From an uncultured Spirochaetales bacterium (GTDB lineage Bacteria > Myxococcota_A > UBA9160 > PR03), in NCBI GenBank assembly GCA_964615045.1, contig CAZTOE010000002.1, positions 1 through 45,098 on the forward strand: a stretch of 45,098 nucleotides of DNA, read 5' to 3'. A model generated the notes under the pieces. It was not told the DNA's origin, ran no database searches, and saw only the letters and a list, made by a program, of their open reading frames with translations. The translations under genes and the position numbers were made by a program. Every line of letters begins with the position of its first letter. The first letter of the stretch is position 1. This document shows, in pieces, positions 44,823 through 45,098 of this stretch.

Positions 44823-45098
44823 ATGGACCCGCTCGACGCCCTCGATTTTTCGAAGGGCAACGGACTCGCCATCGCCATTGCCCAGGACGCCGCCAGTGGC
44901 GAGATCCTGATGGTCGCGCACGTCAACGAGGAATCGCTGCGCAAGACGCTCGAAAGCGGCCAAGTGGTCTACTGGAGTCGCTCGCGCGGGCTTTGGCACA
45001 AAGGCGAGGAGAGCGGCAACGTGCAGGTCGTGAAGAGCATCAGGGTCGATTGCGACGGCGACGCGGTGCTCTTCCAGGTCGAACAGGTGGGGGACGCC
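44823..45098 (+). CDS. hisI: Phosphoribosyl-AMP cyclohydrolase HisI, N-terminal part (runs off window edge)
   Basis: My translation reads [92 protein letters not shown]. It carries the SRSR..W.KGE.SGN and DCDGD hallmark motifs. It is absent from the ORF track because it is truncated. Confidence 0.85.
   Translation, partial: MDPLDALDFSKGNGLAIAIAQDAASGEILMVAHVNEESLRKTLESGQVVYWSRSRGLWHKGEESGNVQVVKSIRVDCDGDAVLFQVEQVGDA

Overview
A very GC-rich bacterial chromosomal segment (GC not computed) that is almost entirely coding. The ORF track prints GTG and TTG starts as M and always reports the longest ORF. Many of its N-termini are therefore over-extended, and I re-derived starts from motifs and gene junctions.

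Layout:
- 1-15.4 kb, minus strand: a complete dcw cell-wall and division cluster, mraZ | rsmH-ftsL-ftsI-murE-murF-mraY-murD-ftsW-murG-murC-murB-ftsQ-ftsA(partial). Most junctions are 1-4 nt start/stop overlaps. There is no ddl between murB and ftsQ. A readable sigma70-like promoter and a phased GTGGG (MraZ-box) array lie upstream of mraZ.
- 15.6-45.1 kb: mixed housekeeping genes (HDAC-like deacetylase, tatA, phosphomannomutase/phosphoglucomutase, M48 protease, sppA, trmB, rlmN, PPP phosphatase, mltD-like LysM transglycosylase, ffh, accC plus a 71-aa BCCP, GNAT, MFE-2-type SDR, plsB, hisI partial).
- Three less ordinary modules sit among these:
  1. MerR-like regulator, then a ParA-type ATPase fused to a C-terminal CBM48/AMPK-beta-like glycogen-binding module, then a protein without a P-loop, then an alpha/beta-hydrolase-fold protein.
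  2. Two tandem ArsA/Get3-like ATPases translationally coupled to a small Ala-rich helical protein, followed by a PhaR-like DNA-binding protein.
  3. An atypical SDR paired with an acyltransferase-like protein whose catalytic motifs look degenerate.

I saw no rRNA, tRNA, CRISPR array, transposase or integrase. All family assignments come from motif reading by eye, not from searches. Gene content (abundant zinc-ribbon/DUF3426-type protein, PASTA on FtsI, PlsB, ArsA pairs) suggests a Myxococcota-like or related high-GC lineage, but that is a weak inference.
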